DNA of 64,000 nt from Phoronis australis (Eukaryota > Animalia > Phoronida): positions 61,432 through 125,431 of the forward strand of contig NMRA01000528.1 of the NCBI GenBank assembly GCA_002633005.1, given 5' to 3'. Below, piece by piece: positions 1 to 11,138 of the stretch (positions are counted from its first letter, which is position 1; the number at the start of each line of letters is the position of its first letter). The notes beneath the pieces are model-generated. The model saw only the letters and a list, made by a program, of their open reading frames with translations. It did not search any database and had not been told where the DNA came from. A program made the position numbers and the translations under genes.

Positions 1-797
1 TTTGTCAAGTTACTGATCGTGTTGTTTTGCTAAGGATTTTTTTGCTAAATTTTATTAGCAGATACCAAACCCGGTTATTCACTGGTACTAAAAACGACTT
101 TGCACTTCTGGTCGNNNNNNNNNNNNNNNNNNNNNNNNNNNNNNNNNNNNNNNNNNNNNNNNNNNNNNNNNNNNNNNNNNNNNNNNNNNNNNNNNNNNNN
201 NNNNNNNNNNNNNNNNNNNNNNNNNNNNNNNNNNNNNNNNNNNNNNNNNNNNNNNNNNNNNNNNNNNNNNNNNNNNNNNNNNNNNNNNNNNNNNNNNNNN
301 NNNNNNNNNNNNNNNNNNNNNNNNNNNNNNNNNNNNNNNNNNNNNNNNNNNNNNNNNNNNNNNNNNNNNNNNNNNNNNNNNNNNNNNNNNNNNNNNNNNN
401 NNNNNNNNNNNNNNNNNNNNNNNNNNNNNNNNNNNNNNNNNNNNNNNNNNNNNNNNNNNNNNNNNNNNNNNNNNNNNNNNNNNNNNNNNNNNNNNNNNNN
501 NNNNNNNNNNNNNNNNNNNNNNNNNNNNNNNNNNNNNNNNNNNNNNNNNNNNNNNNNNNNNNNNNNNNNNNNNNNNNNNNNNNNNNNNNNNNNNNNNNNN
601 NNNNNNNNNNNNNNNNNNNNNNNNNNNNNGGGGGGGGGGAGCAATAGCCCTCGTGTTATGTGTTGTCGTGGGTGTGTGAGTGCATGTGTGCATGAATGTA
701 TAATCCTCAGGGTGGTTGGCATGTTATGTAATAGGTCATTTAGTTTAACTGGTGCTGATCATGAGGGCCCACTCATTAGTTCCTTGCAAGTAGCATT

Positions 798-1437
798 ATA
801 TCAGAGCACATAAAAATTGCGACTTTAAACTGTCAAGGTTTCAGTCACCATGAAAAACGAAGAGATGTTTTTAACTTTTTTAAACAAAAAATACTCAATT
901 TATTGTCTGCAAGATACTCACTTCCTGCAGAAAAATGAGAAATTTATCAGGTCAACAAGGGGATACGAATGTTTTTTTAGCTCACACAAGTCTAATTCCA
1001 TGGGTGTGACAATTTTGTTGAATAATAATTTTAAATTCAAGGTTTTTACTAAAAAACAAGATGAAAATGGCAATATGCTATACTCAATATAGCTGTAAAT
1101 GATAGAATTGTAACGATAGTAAATACTAATGGTCCAAATAGACGATCCAGATTTCTTTGAGCGAGTATCCCAATAGATTGTTGACTTTGCTAATCATCCG
1201 ATTATTTGGACGGGTGATTTTAATTTAGTTTTAAATCAAGTAGTTGATACTCGCAATTATAGTCATGTAAAATCAAGAGATATGGTTTTGGAAATTTGTT
1301 TCGAATTTTCTCTCTTTGATGCATGGTGCGAGTTAAATCCTAGTAGAGCAGAATTTACGTGGTGATCTGGCATTAAGCGTTCCCGTCTAGATTTTTTTCT
1401 GATTTCTAAAGATTTACGGGTAGAGTTAGATGAAGCC
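798..1437 (+). mobile_element. Decayed L1/Tx1-clade LINE ORF2, APE endonuclease region (fragment 1)
   Basis: Frameshifted translation gives KIATLNCQGF..., YCLQDTHF, GVTILLNNNF, WTGDFNLVLN, FTW..SRLDFFLIS, which are APE-endonuclease motifs of L1/Tx1 ORF2. Confidence 0.85.
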
Positions 1438-3737
1438 AACAACAATTGTTTTAAGTCGACTTGACATGTTTCGGTGTCGTTTATTCAAACACCATCATCA
1501 GAAGAGAGAATGCAGTGGCCACCTAGCTAGGCCCAGCAACAAGTAGTGAAGCACAGACTTCTCTGGGAGCGCAATCACAAAGATGGAAAAAGAAGCAAGA
1601 ACTATACGCAGAGATAAGAACAAACTATTGGAGACACTAAATAAATCAATGACAACCATCGACGTGTGTGTCCTGAACCGACGTATTTCGCTTAATGTTG
1701 AAAAGGCAAGAAACAGAACCATCAAAGTGCATGAAAATAAGCTCAAGAAGCTGACCCGTAACACTGTATTGCCTATCACTCCTGATGAGGTCATTAAAAA
1801 TCTGTCTTCGGTTAGACTCACTGATGAACAAATGGATGTTCTGAAAAATGGATTATCTATGTCAATTTGTCCACCGACTATTAAGAAGTCTGATGTAGCT
1901 GTATGTTTTAAGCTTATACATGATGCTATGAAAGAAAAACTTATTGACCCTACTAAAGAGACTGAAGGCTGATTTAACAAGATTAGCGTCAACATATGTG
2001 TCGTACCACAGGCCATCCTGGAGTGATTTGAGAAAGTTTAAGGTGATCAAGGAACTACGAAGAAACAAAAACCTAGTGATAATTAGACCCGATAAGGGAA
2101 ATGGTGCAGTGATTTTAGATCGTAATGATTATGTCAATTCTTCGAATGAAATTCTGAGTGGTGTATCGAAGTTTAGACGTGTCAAAGCAGATCGTGAACT
2201 AAACAAGGACAGCTGCAGAGGTTCTTATGCAAAATTAAGAATGATGCTCGTTTAGATACGGAAACATACAACTATTTGTATCCACAAGGTTTGTAACCAG
2301 GTAGACTATATGGCTTACCAAAAATACACAGACAGAGGATTCCATTCCTCCAATTAGACCTATTGTGTCATCTGTGAATACTTTTAATTATAATCTGCCA
2401 AGTACATATGTAAGCTACTCAAACCACATATAAGGATCACACAGCAGGTGATACATTCTCCTTTGTTTCTGAGGTTAGGGGTCGAGTTCTCAGGAATTGG
2501 TACATGGCTTCTTTTGATATTGCGAGTTTGTTTACTAACCTACCTGTGGACGAATGTACATCTTTGGCTACTGACTGTATAATGAAAAACGATCCCAGTG
2601 TAAAGATTACTGGAGCTGAACTCATGGGCTATTCAAATTTGCTACCAGCAAAACCCATTTTGTATTTAATGGGGATGTTTTTAACCAAATTGATGGTAAA
2701 GCAATGGATTAACCTTTAGCCCCCATATTAGACGGGCATGTTTTTAGGTCACCATGAGAAAACATGGATTGAGACGTACACTGGTCCTCATGTCTATTTC
2801 TACCGATATATAGATGATGTGTTTTGTATATTTGAAAATCAGTAGTCAGCCCATGAATTTTTGGTGTATTTAAACTCGAGGCATCCTAACTTGATATTCA
2901 GTACAGAATTAGGGGTCGACAACATTTTGCCATTTCTGCAGGACGTGTTGGTGGAGCGTGAGAGTACCTCAGTGATAACATCAGTATTTCATAAGAAGAC
3001 CTACACAGGACTGTACACTTGTTTTCATAGCTTCACATCCTTTGTTTATAAAGTAGGTCTCATTAAAACTCTAATAGACAGGGTATATCGCATTAACAAC
3101 ACTTGGGCTAGATTTGATTCTAATATATGAACTCGAATTTATTACAAAAAGAATGGCTATCCCCTAGAATTAGTCAATAGGGTACTGAAAGCAAAACTCC
3201 AACATAACCCTGATCGTATTCATCCTGTAGACAAAACTAACTACAAGTACTTTAAAGTACTGTATGTTGGGTTTTACGCCAAGATTGCTCAACGAAAACT
3301 CAACAAATTGGTGAATGATTATTGTGTAAACTTAAGAGTTGTATTAACATTCAAGTCCCTGAAACTGTCGAATTTATTTAACCCTAAGGACAAAATTCTT
3401 ATGGGTCTACGGTCCAGGGTAATGTACAAATTTATCTGTGCTGGATGTGGCTCCAGTTATATTGGCGAACAGTTGGCGAAACTGTTCGCCATTTGAAAAC
3501 CAGGACCAAGGAACATCTAAATTCTGACAGAGGTTCACCTATAGAGCTCCAATCATTGTTATCAGCAGTGTTCTTTCAATGACTTTGCAATAATAGACCA
3601 GGCAGTAGCAACAACAATGGAGCTTAAAATTGGTGAGGCTCTACACATCAGTTGGTGCAAGCCAAATCTCAATAGGCAATGGTGTTTGAATAAATGATAC
3701 CGAAACATGTCAAATCGACTTAAAAACCATTGTTGTT
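1438..3737 (+). mobile_element. Penelope-like retroelement (RT + GIY-YIG), decayed, with inverted terminal segments, inserted into the LINE
   Basis: ORF pieces IIRPDKGNGAVILDRNDY, LYGLPKIH, SFDIASLFTNLP, YRYIDDVF, LPFLQDVLV, VFHKKTYTGLY, VMYKFICAGCGSSYIGE(T)VRHLKTRTKEH, EALHI..KPNLNRQ; 1438-1495 is the reverse complement of 3680-3737. Confidence 0.92.
1460..1504 (-). ncRNA. Minimal type I hammerhead ribozyme in the Penelope-like terminal repeat
   Basis: Minus strand reads CTT-CTGATGA-T-GGTGT(TTGAATAAACG)ACACC-GAAA-CATG-TC-AAG: conserved core CUGAUGA/GAAA/GUC, stem II GGUGU/ACACC, palindromic ACAUGU stem III, 3-bp stem I. Confidence 0.75.
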
Positions 3738-4080
3738 TTCTTTAATCTATGTCATAGATAACATTGCAGACAGTGAGCTGCATTTATATATTAATGATCA
3801 ACTATTTTTAGAAACTCTTCTGAAGGAGATTTGTGGTCCAACCATTTTTTTTCTAGTTATTTGAAAAAACAGGTCGACAGATCAGAATCTATGCTTTTAG
3901 ACGAAATCGATCAATTAGAAAAAGCGGAAAATTTGGACTTAGGCTTCATTGACGAGAAGCGCTCTCAGTTGATTCAGCTGAGGTAACAACGATAGTATGA
4001 CAATATGATCAGGTCCAAAGCGAGATGGATCGAGGAAGGAGAAGCCCCCTCCAAATATTTTTTACACCTAGAAAATAGTA
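3738..4080 (+). mobile_element. L1/Tx1 LINE ORF2 fragment 2 (linker)
   Basis: Translates to INDQLFLETLLKEI..., MIRSKARWIEEGEAPSKYFLHLEN, the conserved L1/Tx1 ORF2 linker. Confidence 0.8.
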
Positions 4081-5703
4081 AACACATGCCCTTCCTGTGG
4101 AAGTCAGATAATACAAAAACAGGAAGTGAGTCCGAAATTGACCTTACGCCAGAATGACAGGTGTGATCGACCAATCAGAATGCTACATTCTGGACACTCA
4201 TCCAGACAGCATTTCAAGTCGCCATTTGTGCGACAAACATTAGCGTCTGTGGGACAAAACACGTTCAACTACAGTGTGCATTTTAAATGGCCAAGAGGTG
4301 TCGCTGTGGTGTGTGTGTCAGAGATGAAAGTCCTGTCAACTTATGGCCTGTTCCAAAGCCTAAAAGTGACGTTGTAATGAGCAAACAGTGCCGTTAATTA
4401 AACTGTGTGTACTCCCACACGAGCAGCCTAGTCTGTCAACACTGCTTGACCACTCGAAAGCTAAAGACAAGTATGTTCTAAGGTATGCACTCTTTTTAAT
4501 AGTTCTTCCCAATATCGGAATTTTGGCTCTGGATTACAGTCTTGTTTAGTGTGACCAGCCGCCTCTGCGATCACTTAGTGGTTCATTATAACCATACATG
4601 ACAACATTTTTCCATAGCACTGATGAAAACGAGTTAAAATATAGTCAATCAAGAGTCAAAATACATTGTATGCCTACCTACTTACCTATTAGAGACTCTT
4701 ACATCTATACTGACTGCGAGTGTTGTTATAGGTCTATCCGTAACTCTTCACACTTGGCCCTGCCGAGAAACTTAAGCTCGTGATATGTTATTATCTCGAC
4801 AAAGATTGACAGTGAAAGCCAAAGCAGAGGATTGAAAACTTTATTATGAAAATCGGAGAATATGCAAATTAATTACCGAAAATACGTAGCATTTTGGCGC
4901 TACGTCGTGGCACTATAGAAACGGCAAGCAGGTACTGATCAAGCAATACGCAGTGCTCATATTGGTTGACATGTACGTAGTATGTAACTCAGATTATATA
5001 AAACAACAGATTGGCAACATTTGGCAGTCGCATTGAGTGTGCTTTGTTTAGTCTGTATTCGGAGGTCATAATCACGGTCTCAAGTAATGAACGGGTTAGG
5101 CTGGTGTTGCTTCATCAAAATCCCTACCTTTGAAATGTTAATTTGAATGGTTACTGTTACTCCAAATTTCGACTCGTTACGTGCGTCTGTCACGGCGCCA
5201 GCTCGACCGTCGGCGATCACTGAACACGAAATTCTCAGCTAAACTGTTACAGTTACAGCTCAGTAGGTTTCTTCATCCCCTCAATATTTTAGTAAACATT
5301 CGTTTTGCTTTGAGGGAAGAACTTTTATTCATTAAGGATTTATACTATTATTTTTAACCGCATTCGTGCACTTTTTGTTGACGCTGATGTCAACTCTATG
5401 AGGCTCATCGGATTTGGGTTGACTTCTGAAACATCCGCGGGCAGTTTACACGTCAGGTGCCCTCGACGTAAATCTTCACCCTGTTCCCGTAGGAATCTTT
5501 TCTGAAGGCTCTTGCCTTTTGTCTTTGTCATGGAGAGATTCATAGGGAAGATAATGTTCGCCCCAAAGTCTGCGTGAATATCAGTTAGCACACCGGTCAT
5601 GCTTGACGAAGCCATTCTCTGATGTCGGACTTCCGCATCACGTGACATCATAGGCGGAGTGATCTTCTGCTGGCGTAAGGTCAATTATACACGAGACCGC
5701 TCC

Positions 5704-5869
5704 CTTTTATAAAAATCTCTTTAGAGCTAGGACAACCACTGATAACTTAGGCGATTTCTTAGAAAAGGTAACATGTCCTAGGCTCGATGATAATGAAAAC
5801 AACAAACTTGAAGGTCTTTTGGCCTATGAGGAAATCACCAAATGTTTGAAAAAAATGAAAAACAATAAG
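5704..5869 (+). mobile_element. L1/Tx1 LINE ORF2 fragment 3 (just before the RT domain)
   Basis: FYKNLF...CPRLDDNENNKLEGLLAYEEITKCLKKMKNNK, truncated immediately before the expected SPGxDG motif. Confidence 0.75.
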
Positions 5870-5874
5870 GTATG

Positions 5875-5878
<4 letters not shown>

Positions 5879-5918
<40 letters not shown>
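5879..5918. repeat. (TG)n microsatellite
   Basis: About 17 perfect TG units followed by cgtgt. Confidence 0.95.
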
Positions 5919-5919
<1 letters not shown>

Positions 5920-6164
5920 CTATGGTTTTCTTTGTCTTTTTGTGGTATTGTAATGTTTTTCTCATTGCCAATAAATGTATAAAAAAAAGACTTTGCCATC
6001 CAGTTCTCTGAACCAAAACAATGCTCTGTAACCGTCGACAACCCTCAAAAGTCTAGAAAACTCCCTTCTAAGTCTTCTAAACTGCAAGCATGACCTTTTT
6101 AGCAAATTACAAGACAATAGTGGGGAAAAGACGACTCACCAAGGACCATAATGTCCAATCTGTG

Positions 6165-6661
6165 CAGGGCTTGGAATGACCAATGACAAAAAACGCGGAA
6201 ACTTTTACGGCCCAAAACATGCGCGCTACCCAGCCTTGAAATACTCCATGTGAACCTTTCGCCGACAAAAATCGGGAGGACTAAAAAAAAAAATTACCGC
6301 CATCAGTACCATACGTCTGCGTCTTTTTAGCTCGTCCATCCACTCCCACCCCTTACACATTTTGGCTGCAGAGCCGTAGTATTTATCACCGCGGTTTACA
6401 ATCACGCAAGACGCCATTGAAAATCCCACAACGCTATCCCGGCTGCCCCGGCAATGTTGACAATTTACGTTCCTCTGAAACATAAAGACCAACTTCCGCT
6501 TTTCGAGGTGAACGTCGTCGGCAACGCCGCGGTAAGAAAGGAATTTTCCGCAGAAATTTTTATCAAATCCAATTTTTTTACGAGGAAATATAATAAAATG
6601 CGCGGACAGAACATTTCAAAAAAGCGGAAATCCGCGTTTCCGCGGAAAATTCCAAGCCTTG
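6165..6661. mobile_element. hAT-like MITE, 6-bp TSD family, copy 1
   Basis: Ends CAGGGCTTGGAA...TTCCAAGCCTTG, flanked by TCTGTG on both sides; closely similar to 40786-41286. Confidence 0.85.
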
Positions 6662-7720
6662 TCTGTGACATTGTGAGCACAAGTTTTCAGTTGATTCCTC
6701 CCAATAACTTGGGAAGAATGACGCAAATGATACATTAGCAGATGACAAAATGAGAATTGGAGGAAATTGTCAAAACAGGGTTAAGTAGTTACCTAAACAG
6801 AGGCAGATTGGTATAAAGTCAAAAATCACAGAATTTATACTTTAAAAAATATACACCTCGGCAAGTTAAATTCAGTTTCATAGATATTTAGCTAAACGTA
6901 CTGTCTTTTCGATAAGGTCTAACAGTCTAAGTTTGACTAGATGGCAACAATAATTGCAAGCTACGTCACCTGGGAATCTCACCTTCTTGAGGGCATTTTG
7001 GTCAATCTGACAAGTTTTGCAAATTTTTTTCTGTCATAATATGTGTTTCTGACAAACTAGAAAATTGTCGCGGTCATAACGGTCCATTTAGTGCAAATAC
7101 CAGAATGGAAGAGCAAGAGATCTCAGCATACCTAAGCTGGCTGATACGTTCCAAACTTGTGGAAATTGTCGTTGAAGAAATGCTATTTTCATTACTAACA
7201 TTATTTTTATTAAAAAAAAAATTATAGAATGAAAAACGTGCTGAAATGATCAAACGCCACTAAACAGCAACATTCCTGTTCAACCAGGCTAGTGCACCAC
7301 TTCATAGCTCAACAAAAGTGGGTGGTTCTTATCCAACAATTCTGGCAGTAGCTGCACTTCTACCCAAGTCTTATCCAGGTATACCTGTGTCTAGACATCA
7401 GCTAAGTAGTACTAAAAGGTCATCAATCACAACCAAAATAATAACCATAATTTTCAACATCTCCCAACTTGGTATTGAATGTATTTCAAAACATTCCCAC
7501 AAGGAAGCTATGGCACAGAACTTAAAACATAATAAAGCACATTTAATTTGATGAGCACCACGTAATTTCCAAAAATATAAGACATAAGTTTTCACCTGTC
7601 ACGCGTCCAAAATCAACAAGAATTCACAATACAGTCGATGTTTATCTTGCTCTCATGGAAAACACCGAAGTTTGTAAGCACGGCATGAAGAATATCCAAG
7701 CACAGTGACCAAATAAATAC

Positions 7721-8845
7721 TCATGACTTGAACGTGAAATCACAGTGGTTCGCCAACAAGGTTTTATCCAACACGAATCTATCCAGTTGAGTCTGGTCGT
7801 ATGCGAGACAGTTGATAACAATTCGCGGGCAGTTCTTTATCGTCAACCCTAGCCGGTGCAGAACAATACCAATATAGGCATCGTCGATCCACAGAGATTT
7901 TGTGAACAACATTGCTATGGCAACGTCTGAAACTGTCTTTGATGAAGCCATGTAGAAACCACCGTGAACATACAATGGCCAATGCTTGTATGGATAGTCT
8001 TTCAGTGACACAAACCACTTGGAGCATTCGTTGCGATAGGGAATGGGGGGGTCTAGTTTGCTTCCGGTCAGGAGACCCGTAAAATAGTGTTCATCAGTGT
8101 GGTCTCGACTTACCGCTGTCAGCGTGTCAACGACACCTGCCGTGTTGACATTGACATCATCATCCACAAAAACGACAAACTTCGATTGTCCGCAGTGCCT
8201 GTTAACCCAGTTGTAGGCCATGATGGTCTTTTCAGTATTGTTACGATACGTGTCAAAGAAGCTGCATTGGATTAAATCTCCATGTTCTTTACTCTCTTGA
8301 TGGACTTGCTCCATCAAGCTGTGATCATCCTGCAAACCTGAACCCACGACAAACAACGTCCTGTACAAATCAATGTTATCCTTAGTCCTCACTCCCCACT
8401 GCTCTCTGATTTTCTCACGTTTCTTAAAATTAAATACTGTAGACTTGACGATATATACAAACAGGAGTGTTTTGCCGCGTTCTGTCTTGCACGCATCGGG
8501 GTTTTCAATTGAAAACGAATATCTAAGAGGATACACAGGTTTCACTACATCTGTCCGGCCTTCCTGGTAACGTTTCACGATGTTCACAATGTCACCCTCG
8601 AAGGGCCACGAAAACTTACTGAAACTTTTCTCCATCCTCTTGTTCATACGCTCCGAATGACTGCACATGTCACGCCTCTGCATCTTACGGTCATTAACTA
8701 TCGGAGTATGTAGCCCCACCAAGGTGAATATCACTAACATTGGCATTAGAATAAGGCAGGTCACCAACACAGCTGGTTTGTGGATGCAAAGACAACGACG
8801 GAGTACAGATCTCAATGAGATCCATATGTGTACCTCAGACGCCAT
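7721..8845 (-). CDS. GT31 family beta-1,3-galactosyl/GlcNAc-transferase (brainiac/B3GALT-like), ~374 aa, single coding exon
   Basis: Intact ORF from the ATG at 8845 with an N-terminal type II TM segment; motifs VKS...REKIREQWG, FFDTYRNNTEKT, FVVFVDDDVNVN (DxD), PLYVHGGFY, WIDDAYIG. A pyrimidine-rich acceptor (tttag) ends at 8885, implying an upstream exon. Confidence 0.92.
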   Translation of the reverse strand: MASEVHIWISLRSVLRRCLCIHKPAVLVTCLILMPMLVIFTLVGLHTPIVNDRKMQRRDMCSHSERMNKRMEKSFSKFSWPFEGDIVNIVKRYQEGRTDVVKPVYPLRYSFSIENPDACKTERGKTLLFVYIVKSTVFNFKKREKIREQWGVRTKDNIDLYRTLFVVGSGLQDDHSLMEQVHQESKEHGDLIQCSFFDTYRNNTEKTIMAYNWVNRHCGQSKFVVFVDDDVNVNTAGVVDTLTAVSRDHTDEHYFTGLLTGSKLDPPIPYRNECSKWFVSLKDYPYKHWPLYVHGGFYMASSKTVSDVAIAMLFTKSLWIDDAYIGIVLHRLGLTIKNCPRIVINCLAYDQTQLDRFVLDKTLLANHCDFTFKS

Positions 8846-11138
8846 AGTTAATGAAAGGCAATTGTCATAGAGGTCAAACACAAGCTAAACATTCAAAAGA
8901 AAAACAAAATAACAAATAGTTGCAAAACGTTGTTTTGCGCCGAAATCATGACAGATAGGATGGTTTCGGAACCGATCTTGCAAAACAAGGACGACGATAA
9001 CTATCACCGCCCGTCTTGGGACAAACAAGACGAGGTAAATGAGTTCCAAACTGAGCTGCCACGACACTTCCCTTCCAGAAATAAACGAAACAAAAACAGA
9101 TTTCTAGAAATTACACAAGTCTATGTACTGGCAGTCAGAGGAAAGATGAGCTCACCCTGCGCCCAAGTGGCAGTTCAACAGTCACAGCTTCAATGACCCC
9201 TCTCAATGTATGCAATTGACTGTAATTATCACAGAAGCCAATGATATGCCCTCTGTGACAACAGCCTGTGCTCCCCTGTGAAAAATCAACCAGTCCACTC
9301 TCCTGCAGGCAACTGAGAATCCCAAGTACAGATAGCCAGGTTATTACATAATCATCAATTCAAGCTGAAACTGACCTAACAAATGATGTATTTATCAGCT
9401 TCAGTCCAAAGCCATACATCAATAACAAGGACTGCTCCCTTGAATGGGAAACCTTTTCATACCAGTTGGAAAATGTCTGTTTAGAGCCAGTGTAGTTTTG
9501 ATAACATACCAAGCATGATGCCCTTTGAACATTGAAATCTGACACTCTACTCATTAAGCACAAGGTGATGACTAGTAGACACACAATACACTTTGTTCTT
9601 GATCTCACTTACAGGTCCAGACTAACTGCTTGAAATGAGGTAGCATCAACAGACTTCATATGGTTAACCATGGAGAAAGACCCTCTGACTAAATCACCAT
9701 ACACCACAGGACAGAACCACTGTCAGCAATTGCTGCACAATCCAACACTCTTGATGTGTAGATGGCAGTGACTCACCAAGACCATAAAACAGCCAATCTC
9801 TCCACTAATCCATCTGCCATCAGGCACCTCTACTAGCATTGCCAATGTGTGGTGAGAATGTAGGTCAACATTGATCTCAGACCAACAGCTGTAGCGGCAC
9901 TGCTAGAAACCAGATTCTCAGCAACTTTGGAAAATCCAACAGGCATTCCATTCCCAGCAGAATATACTCAACAATGGATGCTCATGACTAAGCCAACACT
10001 GCAGGAAACACTGTTTACAACAACAGCCCCAGCTTGTACAATATAACTCAAAACAGTCTGGTGTCTTCACTAGGCAGATAGCAGTAACACCATCTGCCCC
10101 AATTACATTATCAGGGCAGCCTGGTTCACAGACATTCCGGCATGGTATAGTTCTAAGCACTAGAAAGCAGCAGGTAGTATTAAATCTTGTCAGATTACCA
10201 GAATCACACAGCACATCTTCAGCACACACTGCACTAGTGCTGGGCATCAGTATGATACATAGTTAAGTGAAAGACAATAAATGAAGTACTGGTCTGATGT
10301 CATGAATAAGGACCATTCCATTCTGACAGAAGGGGTAACACAGAAAGGTTAGGGACAGATAACCAGGGTGAGCTGGATTGCATGGCTGGTGCATGAAAAA
10401 CCTGGACATAAATGAGACGGACTTCCAGTATCTTGGACAAAGTTCCAAGGCCTAAGTTAGCCTTAGTAGGATGGAATCTCTCATTTCAGTTCGACTCGAG
10501 AGTGCATAACCATAACAGGCTCTACTTCTGGCACCAGACATCTTTTAGATAAAAGGTAATCTTGGGTAAAAAACCAAATGTTCTTCCACTGGAATTGTGG
10601 GTGGAATATGGTTTTCCCCAGGTTCACAAAAATTGGAATTTGTCATGCAAAAACATAGGCTGTGCAGTAAACAGTTCCGTTCAGTTTTTGCAGGACCATG
10701 GTGGCAGGTCATGTGTTGAGTCAAATATTCATGTAACTAAAGATTTTAACTCGGTAAAAGTAGTATATTTTCCGAAAGCAGAAAGCCTGCAGAATTTGAC
10801 TTTTTACTTTTTATCACTCTGTTAACAGTTGGGTCACGTTGCCACGACATTTTAGTTAATTTTAGCTGAACAACTGTATCAAATACATAATTAAATTTTT
10901 TGATATACGTATATGTTCAAGTTGAGATTTCAAAAACGCTGTCACCTTATTGTTTCATACAATATTTTTGTGAGAATCCTATAAGCACTATGGTCAATAG
11001 CGATTCAAATGTACCTTTCAGATACTCTGATTTTAGTATGGTTCTCAAATGGCGCAACAGATTGTTTATACACACATTGAGACTTGTATGATTTTGAAGA
11101 AAAGAATTCATAATCTGCACAAAAGGAAAACAAAAACA

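Noticed and set aside
27-813. Long ORFs in the track spanning N runs (also 51870-52507)
   Set aside because: These are artefacts of translating assembly gaps
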